A stretch of DNA of 62,884 nt, counting the filler, from Acidimicrobiia bacterium (GTDB lineage Bacteria; Actinomycetota; Acidimicrobiia; Spongiisociales; JAHEDJ01): NCBI GenBank assembly GCA_029210695.1. It is 3 parts of 3 records of this genome, joined end to end, with 100 filler letters (N's around TTAATTAATTAA, not from the genome) between each part and the next. Parts side by side here need not be neighbours in the genome. Positions count along the whole stretch, not along the records: positions 24,719 to 49,120 come from JARGFH010000053.1; 2 more parts are not named here. The stretch is one strand, 5' to 3'. A program made the position numbers and the translations under genes. Positions 38,845-49,220 of this stretch are shown here, piece by piece (the stretch's first letter is position 1; each line of letters opens with the position of its first letter). The notes under the pieces were generated by a model, which was given only the letters and a program-made list of their open reading frames with translations, did not search any database and was not told the DNA's origin.

Positions 38845-40676
38845 GATCCGCGTCTTTCGTCGGTCGATATTGGCCGGCGGTCATCGGTAGCCACGCGTCG
38901 AGCGTCCTCCTCGTAGGCTCTGACCAGGGCGGCATATCCGGGAGACCTGCTGAGGAGTTGCTCGTGGGTTCCGTGGTCTGAGACCGTCTTCTCGTCGACA
39001 AACATGACCTCATCGGCGAGGCGAATCGTGGCCGGGCGATACGCGACCATGACAATCGTGGAAGGCAGGTCGGCTGTCTTCAGCGAGCGCAGGATTTCGG
39101 CCTCCACCGAAGGGTCGACGGCCGAAGTAGCGTCGTCGAGGATCATGAGTCGAGGCTGCCTGATCAACGCACGGGCCAGAGCAATGCGCTGCCGCTGCCC
39201 GCCGGAGAGCGAGGTGCCGCGCTCGCCGAGGCGGGTCGCATAGCCGTTCGGCAACTCGGAGACGAACAGGTCGGCTCCGGCCAGGCGGGAGGCTGCAGTC
39301 ACTTCGTCGTCGGTGAAACTTTCACCGAGTGTGATGTTGCCGGTGACGGTGTCGTCGAAGAGAAACGCCTCTTGCGACACATAGGCCACCTCGCGCGGCA
39401 GTTCCGACCGGGCGAATGAACGTAGATCCCGTTCGTCGATATGGATAGCCCCGTCGGCCGGGTCCCATAGTCTCGCCAGGAGCAGTGCAAGTGTTGACTT
39501 GCCGGAACCGGTCGGCCCGACGACGGCCAGCGTCGTGCCGGCGGCCAGGTCCATCTCGACGCCGACCAGTACTGGTTCTTCCGGCCGGTATTCGAAATTG
39601 ACGCCGCGCCCGTCGACAGAGGCCGCCCGGCCGGGTTCCTGAGCAGAGTTGGCCCCGTAGCCCATGAATTGGTCGGCTTCGAAGACGCGCTGAACGCGTT
39701 GCCAGCCGGCGATGCTGGCAGATAGGTCGAAGAGAACGAATCCGATCAGCTGGACGGGAAAGGCGAGCAGCGAGAGCAAGTAGGTGACGGTGACGAGGTC
39801 GCCTGCCGTGATCGCTCCAGCACGGATGCGGGCCGCGCCTGCGTAGATGAGCACCAGAATCAGTGCGGGAGGAAGCGCTCTGATGAGTGCTTGATACGAC
39901 ACCCATCGGGTGTTCACGTCGATGATGCCGTCGCGCACACCGTCGGAAGTGACGCCGAACCGATCCGACACCTTCGCTTCGCGGCCGAGTGATTTGATCG
40001 TCAGCGCCCCATCGAAGGTTTCGTGGGCGAGTGACCACAAACGTCCGCGCTGTTCCTGGACTTCTTCCCAGAGGGGATAGACGGTCCAGGCGCCTTTGAC
40101 GTCGACCGCCACGATGACGACCAGGCCGACCAGCGACCAGAAGCCGAGCCACAGGTCGATCGAGGCGACCATCGCCACAGAACCGAACAGGAGCAGCATC
40201 ACACCGGTCGCGTAGGGGAGCGGCGCCAGCACGCCGGTTCCGCGGTCGGTATCCGAATCGGCCACTGCCAGCAGGTCGCCGATCGACTGCTGTGAGAACC
40301 AGGCGAGTTCGAGGTCCAGTTGGTGATCCAGCAGACGGTTGCGGACGTCCTGGCGGGTCCGGAACTGCAGCCAGCCGGCAGCTGTGCGCCTCAGAACGAT
40401 TCCGGATGCTTTCCAGAGTGAAACGCCGACGAGGGCTGCGACGGCCAACCACACCTTCGCCCGGAAATCTGCGCCCTTGGTGAGGACCGGGATGATCACC
40501 TGATCGGTCAGCCATCCCACCACCTGAGCGGAGGCGACGATGGCTGCCGCATACAGGGCGGCGCCGAACACCGCCAGGCCGAAAGCCCATGGATGCGTCC
40601 TCACGAAGCGCGCAATGAGCCGCAGGCCGTCGCGCAGCACGCTCCAGGGCGATGGAAGGATCGTCGGATTGGCCAT
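38841..40676 (-). CDS. ABC exporter, TMD-NBD subunit (heterodimer partner, degenerate site)
   Basis: GPTGSGKST, LSGGQRQ, LDDATS, VAYR in place of the H-switch. Confidence 0.93.
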   Translation of the reverse strand: MANPTILPSPWSVLRDGLRLIARFVRTHPWAFGLAVFGAALYAAAIVASAQVVGWLTDQVIIPVLTKGADFRAKVWLAVAALVGVSLWKASGIVLRRTAAGWLQFRTRQDVRNRLLDHQLDLELAWFSQQSIGDLLAVADSDTDRGTGVLAPLPYATGVMLLLFGSVAMVASIDLWLGFWSLVGLVVIVAVDVKGAWTVYPLWEEVQEQRGRLWSLAHETFDGALTIKSLGREAKVSDRFGVTSDGVRDGIIDVNTRWVSYQALIRALPPALILVLIYAGAARIRAGAITAGDLVTVTYLLSLLAFPVQLIGFVLFDLSASIAGWQRVQRVFEADQFMGYGANSAQEPGRAASVDGRGVNFEYRPEEPVLVGVEMDLAAGTTLAVVGPTGSGKSTLALLLARLWDPADGAIHIDERDLRSFARSELPREVAYVSQEAFLFDDTVTGNITLGESFTDDEVTAASRLAGADLFVSELPNGYATRLGERGTSLSGGQRQRIALARALIRQPRLMILDDATSAVDPSVEAEILRSLKTADLPSTIVMVAYRPATIRLADEVMFVDEKTVSDHGTHEQLLSRSPGYAALVRAYEEDARRVATDDRRPISTDERRGS

Positions 40677-40719
40677 GAATGGGAAAGCCTAGGACGAGGT
40701 TGCCGAGGGCGAATCCGGA

Positions 40720-42456
40720 TTATCCGGCAATAGACGATGCCCGCCTGTTCAGCTGGGTCGGGGAGGCGCCCACGACCCGGCCGGGAAGCTCAATGAAGAA
40801 GCATGCCCCACCAAGGCGTTCTGATCGGCGGTACCCGACCGAACCCCCGTACGCTTGCGCGATCATCTTCACGATGGCCAGCCCGATGCCTGATCCCGGC
40901 GTTGTTGCGTCGAGTCGGCGCGACCCGCGCTCGAAGCGGTCCCAAATGACGTACTCATACTTCGTCGGTACGCCGGCACCGGTGTCGTGAACCTCGATGT
41001 GGAGAGTATCGTGTTCGGCACGTGCGACGACGAGGCACATGCCCCCGCCGTAGCGGACCGCGTTGCCGACCAGGTTCTCGATGATTTGCTGGAGTCTGTC
41101 TCGATCGACGAGGGCTCGAAGATTCACGTCCACCTCGGCGGAGATGATGGTGCGCGGCTCGTGACCGTCGGAGATGGTGTGCGTCGTCAGATCGATCAAC
41201 TCCCCAACGTCGGCCATGCTGTCGTGGAGTTGGAGACCGGCAACACTGTCCCGGGCCAGCGCCACGAGATCGGAGACGATCCTGGCCACATGGCGTGTTT
41301 GCTCGTATGCGATGCTCAAGAGTTCGGTTTGTTCGTCTTCGTCGGTCGTCTCCGACCGGACGAGGTCGAGGAAGCCGACCACGGCGGTCAGAGGAGTACG
41401 AAGCTCATGCGAAATCGACGACACCAGCGCCCGGCGCTCCTGTTCGACGAGACTCCGGTTCTCCCGGATGGCTGCAGTCTGACGAATGACCACGAGGCCG
41501 ATGACCGTCAGGACCGAATAGGCAAGGAGGCGGCTATCCGCATCGAACCCCCCGGTTTCGAGACTGATGAGCAGGACGACCGAGAGTGCGATGACCAGCG
41601 CGTAGGGGATCACAGACGTCCACCATTGAGGCTGTTGGTCGGCGTACTCACGGGCTTTCGGGCGAACGGGCACCATGATGGCCGCGCCCAGATAGGCGAC
41701 CGTCGGGATGATGTGTAGGAGGTAGTTCGGCTGCGACTCCTCGAACGTACTGCCGAGTCCGGTGAAGAGGAAAGCCAAATCAGCCGCCGACTGAAAGGCG
41801 ATGCCGACTGCGAGGAGCAACAACCTGGCATCGAAGCGCATGTTCGAGCGGCTCATGAACAGGGTTGCGACGGCAATGAGCGCCGCCACATCGAGTATCG
41901 GATACGCCGATCCAACGGCGCCTTCCCATCCGTCGGTGCCTGCCAGATTGCTCAGCATGTCGAAGAGGAACGTCACCCAGAAGATCGACGTCAAGGCGAT
42001 GGCGCCGATCAGACCGTCGACGAGGAGTCGCGCCCGTTGCAGGCCACCTCCGGAGGCTTGCGGGAGTAGTGCAACGGCGGCCAACACGAGCACATAGGAG
42101 GTGACAAAGGCCAGATCGACTGCGCTGAAGGCCGGAACAGGGGGTGCAACGACACTCCATCCGATCGTCGCCAGAACACCAATTGAGCCCAACCCCAGGC
42201 CGGACCCGATCAGCTGCCAGGCGGCCCTCTCTCGGCGAGATGGGATCGCTCGAGCGTTCCGAAGGAAGACGACAGATGCAGCGCCAAAGCCGAGCGCTAC
42301 GCCGGAGGCACCTGCTCCGTCTGCCCAATCCCCTTCGAACATGGAAGCCGCGCCCAAAGCGACGAGCGCAAGGAAGACCCAACGAGTCTCCGATACGCTG
42401 ATGCGGGCGAGGTGATGCCGCACGCTCGGTCTCGTCCCTGGTGTGGCGGACTGCAT
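40720..42456 (-). CDS. Multi-TM sensor histidine kinase
   Basis: Many TM helices, AYPILD, SHELRTPL, NAVRY, DTGAG, GSGIGL; start uncertain. Confidence 0.9.
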   Translation of the reverse strand: MQSATPGTRPSVRHHLARISVSETRWVFLALVALGAASMFEGDWADGAGASGVALGFGAASVVFLRNARAIPSRRERAAWQLIGSGLGLGSIGVLATIGWSVVAPPVPAFSAVDLAFVTSYVLVLAAVALLPQASGGGLQRARLLVDGLIGAIALTSIFWVTFLFDMLSNLAGTDGWEGAVGSAYPILDVAALIAVATLFMSRSNMRFDARLLLLAVGIAFQSAADLAFLFTGLGSTFEESQPNYLLHIIPTVAYLGAAIMVPVRPKAREYADQQPQWWTSVIPYALVIALSVVLLISLETGGFDADSRLLAYSVLTVIGLVVIRQTAAIRENRSLVEQERRALVSSISHELRTPLTAVVGFLDLVRSETTDEDEQTELLSIAYEQTRHVARIVSDLVALARDSVAGLQLHDSMADVGELIDLTTHTISDGHEPRTIISAEVDVNLRALVDRDRLQQIIENLVGNAVRYGGGMCLVVARAEHDTLHIEVHDTGAGVPTKYEYVIWDRFERGSRRLDATTPGSGIGLAIVKMIAQAYGGSVGYRRSERLGGACFFIELPGRVVGASPTQLNRRASSIAG

Positions 42457-42504
42457 TCCGCAATTGTCGGCGATTGTGCCCTCACACCTGAGGGATTCGC
42501 GCGA

Positions 42505-43014
42505 TCAAGAGGGGGGTGGAACCTCGACAAGCCGGCCGTCTCTCTCGGCGAAGTCCCAGACGTCGATAGCCGGAGGCTCAACGCCGAGGGTCGTCAGTGC
42601 GGTGCAAACCTGGCTGCGATGATCGGTCCCGTGATGCAAGGCCTGGGCGAGCCGGATGCTCATCGGAGCGTGACCCTCGGACCCGTCGTCACGGTGCCTG
42701 ACCACGACGGAATCCGGGTCGAGGTCCTGGGCAAGGAGCGACACCCACGCGGCTGCGTTGGCTTCCATCGCCCCGCGAAGCTCCGGAAGCTCCAGCTGCC
42801 CATCGTCGATCATGGCGACCCGCCCGCCGGTCAGGGCATACAGGTAGGCGCAATCGGCGCCGACGAGATGACGGATCGTGTCGATGATCGAGCCGAAGGT
42901 CCCCGGAACTGCGGTCCCGAGTTGATTGGAGCTGAGGGGGAGACACGAATCGATCAAGCGCAGCGTCGCCCAACCGTGGTGCGCAAAGGCGTCGCCGAGT
43001 AATGAATTGCTCAT
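42505..43014 (-). CDS. DinB/YfiT-family protein
   Basis: HHGWAT, TIRHLV, HHGTDHRSQ, IDVW. Confidence 0.85.
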   Translation of the reverse strand: MSNSLLGDAFAHHGWATLRLIDSCLPLSSNQLGTAVPGTFGSIIDTIRHLVGADCAYLYALTGGRVAMIDDGQLELPELRGAMEANAAAWVSLLAQDLDPDSVVVRHRDDGSEGHAPMSIRLAQALHHGTDHRSQVCTALTTLGVEPPAIDVWDFAERDGRLVEVPPPS

Positions 43015-43097
43015 CCCGGAACCCTAGTGGTCTGTGGATTGAAGCGACTGTCCTCCCGTTTCGGCGTTTCGAGAGTCAACTAGCATGATCGATTCCG

Positions 43098-46000
43098 ATG
43101 CCTGCTCCACTTGCTCCCCTCGTCGATCGGTGGCGTGCCGACCTTCTGCCGAAATCAAGTGGTCGTCTGGTCGTCGCTCCGGGAGCGCGCGCGTATCTAG
43201 CGGCCGGTATGGCAGCAAAGGCGGACGGTCCGCTGCTGGTCATCGTTCCGGGCGAGCGGGAGGCTGAGGATCTCGTCGACGACCTCGAATTGTTCACAGA
43301 CCAAGGTGTGTTGTTGCCGGCCTGGGAGACGCTGCCGTTCGAACATGTTTCACCCAATGTGACGACTATGGCGGCCAGAGCCCGGGCGAGGAATCTGCTG
43401 GCCGTTGGTGAGCCGGGTACGGTCGTCGTTGCGTCGGTGCGGGGGATTACCCAGCGGGTAAGTCCCTCGCCGGTGCGTCCGTTGATCGCGGCGGCGGGGA
43501 AGGAGGCCGGTTTTGACCTCCTCATCCAACGCCTGGCTGAATATGGATACCACCGCACAGATCGCGTGGAGAGCCGCGGGGAATTCGGTGTGCGCGGTGG
43601 GATCATCGATGTCTTCCCCGCCCAGGGGGGCGATCCGGTCCGGTTGGAGTTCTGGGGAGACGAGGTGGAGTCGGCCCGGTCTTTCTCGATCAGCACACAA
43701 CGGTCGACCGATGTTGCGAAAGGGCTGATCGCCTATCCGGCCAGGGAACTTCGGCCCGATGCGGCCTCGAGGGAGGCGGCCCGTCTTCTGGTTCATCAGG
43801 AGCCGTGGGCGGCTGCCACCTGGGAGCGGCTGAGCGAAGGCCACTTGTTCGCGGGAATGGAATCATGGCTTCCGTGGATTACTCCTGAAGCGACCGCTTT
43901 GACCCAACTTCCCGTCGGCGCGCCGGTGATTGTGTTCGATCCGGTCCGCGCCGCCGACCGAAGCCGCGATCTCCTCGAGGAAGAGGCAGAAATGGCGGCC
44001 GCACTGGCTCCGACGTGGGGCCATGGAGCACCCTCGGCAGGTGAGCATCCGGCGTTGTATCTCGACCTGAGCGAAGGCCTCGCCGGACGTGACGTGCTCG
44101 AGGCGCCTTCGCTGGCGGCGAGTCCGACGGACAACGTGCTCGAAATGCGCGGGCTCGATGCCACCCCGGGAGACGCCGAATCGGTAGCCATCGCCATCAA
44201 CCGATGGATTGCAGCCGGGATCAGCGTGGTGATCGCAATGGACGGTGAAGCGGCGGCGGATCGCGTTGCCCGGTTGCTTGGCGAAGCAGGTCTGGACTTG
44301 ACCAGGAGATCGCAGCTCGAGCGGATCGAAACCGCTGCCATTGGAGTTGGCATCCACCACGGTTTCATGCTGCCCGGGTTGAAGGTGGCGGTGCTCGGTG
44401 AGCACTCGATTGCGGGCCGCCGGCGCGCTCATCGACGGGTGGCGCCACGCCGGGAAGAAACCGATGGGGCCCGGTACCGCGATCTGTCCGAAGGCGACTA
44501 CGTCGTGCACTTCCGGCACGGCATCGGACGATTCGAGGGGCTGGCCACTCGCTCTATTGCCGGCATCGAGCGCGATTACCTCGTCGTCGCATACGCGGCA
44601 GAAGACAAGCTCTACGTACCGACCGACCAACTGGCGGCCGTGAAGAAATACACAGGTGGTGAGACGCCACGCCTCTCCCGGATGGGCGGCTCGGACTGGT
44701 CGAAGACCAAAGGCCGTATCCGCAAGGCGGTGGCGGCGGTCGCCGAACAGGTCGTGGCCCTGCACCGGGCACGGGCGCTCGCCACAGGTCACGGATATGC
44801 GCCGGACACACCCTGGCAGCGCGAGATGGAGGCGTCGTTCCCTTTTGAGGAAACCACCGATCAGCTCAGCGCCATCAACGACGTCAAGGTCGACATGGAA
44901 GACGATGGGCCGATGGACCGCCTCATCTTCGGGGACGTCGGCTTCGGCAAGACCGAGGTCGGTATCCGGGCCGCCTTCAAGGCGGTCATGGACGGCAGGC
45001 AGGTGGCGATCCTGTGCCCGACGACACTCCTCGCTCAACAACACTTCCAGGTGTTCTCCGAACGCTTCAATCCGTATCCGACCAGGGTGGAGATGCTCAG
45101 TCGATTTCTCACCGCCCGCCAGCAGCGTGACGTGGTCGCCAAGCTGGCCACCGGCGAGGTGGACGTCGTGATCGCTACCCACCGACTGCTCTCGCAGGAC
45201 ATCCAGTTCAAGAACCTCGGACTGCTGATCATCGACGAGGAGCAACGATTCGGGGTGAAGGCGAAAGACCAGATCAAACGGTTTCGGGTTGGAGTCGACG
45301 TGCTGACCCTCACCGCCACCCCGATTCCCCGCACTTTGGAGATGGCCCTCACGGGAATCAGGGATGTGAGTCATATTCGGACTGCGCCCGAGGATCGGCA
45401 CCCGATTCTCACCTATGTCGGACCGTTCGATGAGCAGGCGGTCTCGGCGGCCATTCGCCGCGAGATGTTGCGAGAGGGCCAGGTCTTTTACGTTCACAAC
45501 CGGGTGCAGTCGATCGACCGGGCAGTCGCCCGACTCCAGCAACTCGTGCCGAACGCCCGCTGTGCAGTCGCTCACGGTCAGATGTCGGAAGGACGGCTGG
45601 AGCAGGTGATGCTCGACTTCTGGAATGGCAACTTCGACGTTCTGGTCGCCACGACGATCATCGAGTCCGGTCTCGACCTGCCCCAGGTCAACACACTCAT
45701 CGTCGAACGGGCCGACTTGCTCGGCCTTGCTCAGTTGTATCAACTGCGTGGACGGGTTGGTCGTTCCAGTCAGCGCGCCTACGCCTATCTGTTTCATCCC
45801 CAAGAGCAATCACTGTCGGAAGACGCCTACCGGCGCCTCGAAGCGATCGGCGAGCACTCCGACCTCGGCAGCGGCTTCCACCTCGCCCTTCGCGACCTCG
45901 AGATCAGGGGAGCAGGATCCATGCTCGGAGAGGTGCAGTCGGGCCACATCAGCGCGGTCGGGTTCGACCTGTACACCCAATTGGTGGCCGAGGCGGTGGG

Positions 46001-46469
46001 GGAGTTGGAGGGGAAGCCTGTCGACAAGGCCGGCGAGTCGGAGATCAGGATCGATCTCCCGGTCAATGCCCACCTACCGGACGACTACATCGAGGACCAG
46101 CTGGCTCGCATCGAGGCGTACCGGCGGTTGGCGGCGGCCAAGACCTATGCCGATGTCGACGACGTGACCGCCGAGTGGGTGGATCGCTACGGGCCGCTTC
46201 CGGATTCCGCCACCGCGTTGATCGAAATCGCCAGGCTACGGTCGGAGGCGGTGCGAGTTGGCTTGACGGAGATCGTGAAGCTGCGTCGGGAGGTACGTCT
46301 CGGACAGGTCGATCTGTCGACCAGCCAGGAGGTCAGGTTGCAGCGGATCGCTCCGAAGTCGGTCCTCAGGGCGGACGAAGGGCTGCTGTTTCTTCCCGCT
46401 CCTGCGGACAACGCGATCGTTGCCGATCTCGTGGCCTTCATGAGGAAGATGTGGCCGATCGAGGACTGA
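43098..46469 (+). CDS. mfd: Transcription-repair coupling factor
   Basis: RGGIIDVFP, VVH..HGIGRF, GDVGFGKTEV, DEEQRFGV, TATPIPRT, QLRGRVGR, TRCF C-terminus. Confidence 0.97.
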   Translation: MPAPLAPLVDRWRADLLPKSSGRLVVAPGARAYLAAGMAAKADGPLLVIVPGEREAEDLVDDLELFTDQGVLLPAWETLPFEHVSPNVTTMAARARARNLLAVGEPGTVVVASVRGITQRVSPSPVRPLIAAAGKEAGFDLLIQRLAEYGYHRTDRVESRGEFGVRGGIIDVFPAQGGDPVRLEFWGDEVESARSFSISTQRSTDVAKGLIAYPARELRPDAASREAARLLVHQEPWAAATWERLSEGHLFAGMESWLPWITPEATALTQLPVGAPVIVFDPVRAADRSRDLLEEEAEMAAALAPTWGHGAPSAGEHPALYLDLSEGLAGRDVLEAPSLAASPTDNVLEMRGLDATPGDAESVAIAINRWIAAGISVVIAMDGEAAADRVARLLGEAGLDLTRRSQLERIETAAIGVGIHHGFMLPGLKVAVLGEHSIAGRRRAHRRVAPRREETDGARYRDLSEGDYVVHFRHGIGRFEGLATRSIAGIERDYLVVAYAAEDKLYVPTDQLAAVKKYTGGETPRLSRMGGSDWSKTKGRIRKAVAAVAEQVVALHRARALATGHGYAPDTPWQREMEASFPFEETTDQLSAINDVKVDMEDDGPMDRLIFGDVGFGKTEVGIRAAFKAVMDGRQVAILCPTTLLAQQHFQVFSERFNPYPTRVEMLSRFLTARQQRDVVAKLATGEVDVVIATHRLLSQDIQFKNLGLLIIDEEQRFGVKAKDQIKRFRVGVDVLTLTATPIPRTLEMALTGIRDVSHIRTAPEDRHPILTYVGPFDEQAVSAAIRREMLREGQVFYVHNRVQSIDRAVARLQQLVPNARCAVAHGQMSEGRLEQVMLDFWNGNFDVLVATTIIESGLDLPQVNTLIVERADLLGLAQLYQLRGRVGRSSQRAYAYLFHPQEQSLSEDAYRRLEAIGEHSDLGSGFHLALRDLEIRGAGSMLGEVQSGHISAVGFDLYTQLVAEAVGELEGKPVDKAGESEIRIDLPVNAHLPDDYIEDQLARIEAYRRLAAAKTYADVDDVTAEWVDRYGPLPDSATALIEIARLRSEAVRVGLTEIVKLRREVRLGQVDLSTSQEVRLQRIAPKSVLRADEGLLFLPAPADNAIVADLVAFMRKMWPIED

Positions 46470-46500
46470 TGTCGGTCACCGCCTGTGCCGGACTGCCACG

Positions 46501-47427
46501 GTGACGGCTGGCTACCCTTCCCCGGTGAAGCGTCTTCCCGCCTCCGTTCTGTTGAGTGCTGCCGCCGCTTTCTGGGGCGGAAACTTCATCGTCGGCCGCG
46601 CCGTCTCATCGTCGTTGCCTCCCCTCACTCTCAGTTTCTACCGGTGGCTCATCGCGCTGATCGTCCTTCTTCCACTGGCGGGCAAAGAGGTCTGGGCCAA
46701 ACGGAGTCAGATCCGAGACAACGCCGGTTGGTTTGCACTCGTCACCGTCACGGGCACGGTTTTGTTCCATGTGCTTGTGTACGTCGGTCTCGGTACCACG
46801 ACTGCCATCAATGCCACGCTCCTCGTCGCCACATCACCGGTGATCATCCCTGTGGTGGCGGTCATTGTGCATCGTGACCGGATCACCGGAATGCAGGGTG
46901 CCGGCATTGCCACTTCGATCGTGGGGGTCTTGATCATTTTGACCAGGGCCGACCTCGATGTGCTGGCGTCGTTCGCGTTCTCGTCCGGGGATCTGTTGAT
47001 CCTGGCGGCGGTGGTGGCATGGGCCGTGTACTCGGTGGTCCTCCGAGATCGCCGTGACGACCTGAGCCCGCTGGGGTTTGTGCTTGCCATCACCGTGCTC
47101 GGGATACCGATTTTGTTCGTGTTGTACCTGAGCGAACTGGCGGGGCAGGGTGGCTTTGACCTGACGCTGGGGCATATTCTGACCATCGTCTACGTCGGTC
47201 TCTTTGCGTCCGTGCTGGCCTACCTGGCCTGGAACAAGGGAGTTGAACTGATCGGCGCTGTGCGCGCCGGGCCGTATATGAGCCTGATGCCGGTCTTTGC
47301 CGCGTTGCTGGCAGTGATTTTCCCGGGTGAGTTTTTGGAGCTCTTTCACGTAGTGGGGACTGGCGTCATCGCGCTGGGTCTCATCCTCAGCGGCCGCCGG
47401 CCCGTTGCGAGGCTGCCGGCCGGGTAG
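46501..47427 (+). CDS. DMT/EamA transporter
   Basis: FWGGNF..GR, ten TM pattern, AYLAWNKG, LMPVFA. Confidence 0.9.
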   Translation: MTAGYPSPVKRLPASVLLSAAAAFWGGNFIVGRAVSSSLPPLTLSFYRWLIALIVLLPLAGKEVWAKRSQIRDNAGWFALVTVTGTVLFHVLVYVGLGTTTAINATLLVATSPVIIPVVAVIVHRDRITGMQGAGIATSIVGVLIILTRADLDVLASFAFSSGDLLILAAVVAWAVYSVVLRDRRDDLSPLGFVLAITVLGIPILFVLYLSELAGQGGFDLTLGHILTIVYVGLFASVLAYLAWNKGVELIGAVRAGPYMSLMPVFAALLAVIFPGEFLELFHVVGTGVIALGLILSGRRPVARLPAG

Positions 47428-47440
47428 CGAACATCCATCC

Positions 47441-47488
47441 TTCTGGCGTCGGAAAGCGCGCTTTTTTGTCGCGTCTCTGACGCCAGAA
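47441..47488. terminator. Palindrome between convergent genes (terminator or REP-like)
   Basis: TTCTGGCGTC...GACGCCAGAA perfect 10-bp arms. Confidence 0.55.
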
Positions 47489-47501
47489 CAGTGAGGAGCG
47501 C

Positions 47502-48977
47502 TCAGCTGCCGGTGCGCGCCGCCAGGTCGTCAAGGGTCAACGACCGCCAGTCGCTCTCACCCCTTGGCTGCGCCAGCCGGCCTTGCAGCAGGGCACGATC
47601 GATCGGGTCCGGCACAGAAGCGACCCGAGCCTCCAATGTCGGAACTGCCCCCGGTCCGAGGTCGACGAGGTAGCCGACGTCGAGATCGTTCCCCGCCACA
47701 GAACGGTCGAGGTTCACGTTTGCGATCAGCGCGGCCGGATGGGCCAGGTTGAGGCCGACCGTCAGGACGAAGGCTGAAGCGACCGTCCCGATCACGAAGC
47801 GTCCTCTTTTCCCTCTCAACACGGTGAAGGCAAGCCAGATCAACACGAAGCCCACCCAGATGAGGAACGTGGTGGTGTAGACGCGTAGCTGGGAAAGGCC
47901 GAACTCGTCGACGTACAAGAGCATGCGACGCACGGCCGCCGTTCCGATCGCCAGCGTAAGCGCGATCAGCATTTGCGAAGCAGCCACGATTGGACGGCGG
48001 CGGGTGAGGTGCCTGGACGCCCAGTCGGCGAGCAGGATCACACCAACGATCAAGGCGGCCACCGCTACGAGTTCGAAGAACCCTCTGCGGGCGTACTCGG
48101 CATAGGTGAGCCGGGTTCTTGCCACGGTGTCCGCTCCGCCGAACAAGTAGGCGAACTGGATCGCAACGAAAACGGAGAACATCACATTCATCGTCAAGAG
48201 AGGCATCAGAACGACGGGCGCCTGCAACTTCATCTCGACCGCAGTTGCTGCTCTCGGTAGTCGTGGCTGGCGAAACCGGGCGATGGCGCCGAGGGCCAAC
48301 CAGGCAACTACGGCGGCGGAGAGCAGGCGACCGGCTAGTTCCGCCAGCTCCCCGGTCCATTGGAATAGCCGCTCGGCCCACCCCTCGAACACCGCATCTG
48401 CGGAGACGAGCAAGCCGCCGAATACCAACACCAGAACGGCCGAGAGCCCGAGGCCGATGATGATCGACCCTCCCCGGTGCCGTACTGCACGGGTGGTGTC
48501 ACCGGCTTCCGGCAATCCGGCCTTCAGGTAGCGCGGCGCTTCAACGAGCGGGCCCAGCGTGTTGACCGTCAACTCTTCGAGAAGCGTTGAAACGGTCCAC
48601 CGATGCAACCCGGGTCGCCGTCGCAACCCCATCGCGATCGAGACCAGCGAGACGAAAGCCACGACGTTGAGTGCCACAAGCGCGGGCAACTCGCGCACCG
48701 CCAACAAGGCGGCCGGGACGGCGGCAGCTCCCAGGAGCAAGAGGGTTTGTCGATCGGCCTGCCGGCTCACCATCCAGATCAGGGAGCCGACGAATGACAG
48801 GAAGAGAAGCGACCAGCCGAGCCCGGGTCCCACGTCATGCACAAGAGTTGCGTAGACGACCCCGGTTATCCCGGCAATACCGATAGCCCGATGGATGAGC
48901 GGATCAGGCGGCGTCGTTGAATGGTCCGCCCGCGCGGCAACAGGAGGTTCGAGCATGTGGATCAAACGGTCCAGCAA
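47502..48977 (-). CDS. DUF4153-like membrane protein
   Basis: LLVSADAVF, TYAEYARRGFFELV, RMLLYVDEFGLS.LR; start uncertain. Confidence 0.82.
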   Translation of the reverse strand: MLDRLIHMLEPPVAARADHSTTPPDPLIHRAIGIAGITGVVYATLVHDVGPGLGWSLLFLSFVGSLIWMVSRQADRQTLLLLGAAAVPAALLAVRELPALVALNVVAFVSLVSIAMGLRRRPGLHRWTVSTLLEELTVNTLGPLVEAPRYLKAGLPEAGDTTRAVRHRGGSIIIGLGLSAVLVLVFGGLLVSADAVFEGWAERLFQWTGELAELAGRLLSAAVVAWLALGAIARFRQPRLPRAATAVEMKLQAPVVLMPLLTMNVMFSVFVAIQFAYLFGGADTVARTRLTYAEYARRGFFELVAVAALIVGVILLADWASRHLTRRRPIVAASQMLIALTLAIGTAAVRRMLLYVDEFGLSQLRVYTTTFLIWVGFVLIWLAFTVLRGKRGRFVIGTVASAFVLTVGLNLAHPAALIANVNLDRSVAGNDLDVGYLVDLGPGAVPTLEARVASVPDPIDRALLQGRLAQPRGESDWRSLTLDDLAARTGS

Positions 48978-49046
48978 TCCCAGCAGTTCCCGTCGCCTCC
49001 CGCCATCCGCTTGATGGGGCCGCCCCGAAGGACGACCCCATCAAAC

Positions 49047-49120
49047 CTAGTGGTCTGTCGCGGATTCAGTGATCTGGTTGAGGGCGGCTCGTCCTCGTTT
49101 GACTTTGGCAATGATTTCTT
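49047..49120 (-). mobile_element. 3' end of an IS630-family element
   Basis: Minus strand reads EIIAKVKRGRAALNQITESATDH* and ends in CTAG, like actinobacterial IS630 transposase C-termini; at the contig end. Confidence 0.6.
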
Positions 49121-49220
49121 NNNNNNNNNNNNNNNNNNNNNNNNNNNNNNNNNNNNNNNNNNNNTTAATTAATTAANNNNNNNNNNNNNNNNNNNNNNNN
49201 NNNNNNNNNNNNNNNNNNNN
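49121..49220. other. Artificial contig linker
   Basis: N run with TTAATTAATTAA. Confidence 0.97.

Noticed and set aside
43863..45809. Long antisense ORFs (648 aa opposite mfd; similar ones opposite other genes)
   Set aside because: Typical high-GC shadow frames with no recognisable motifs
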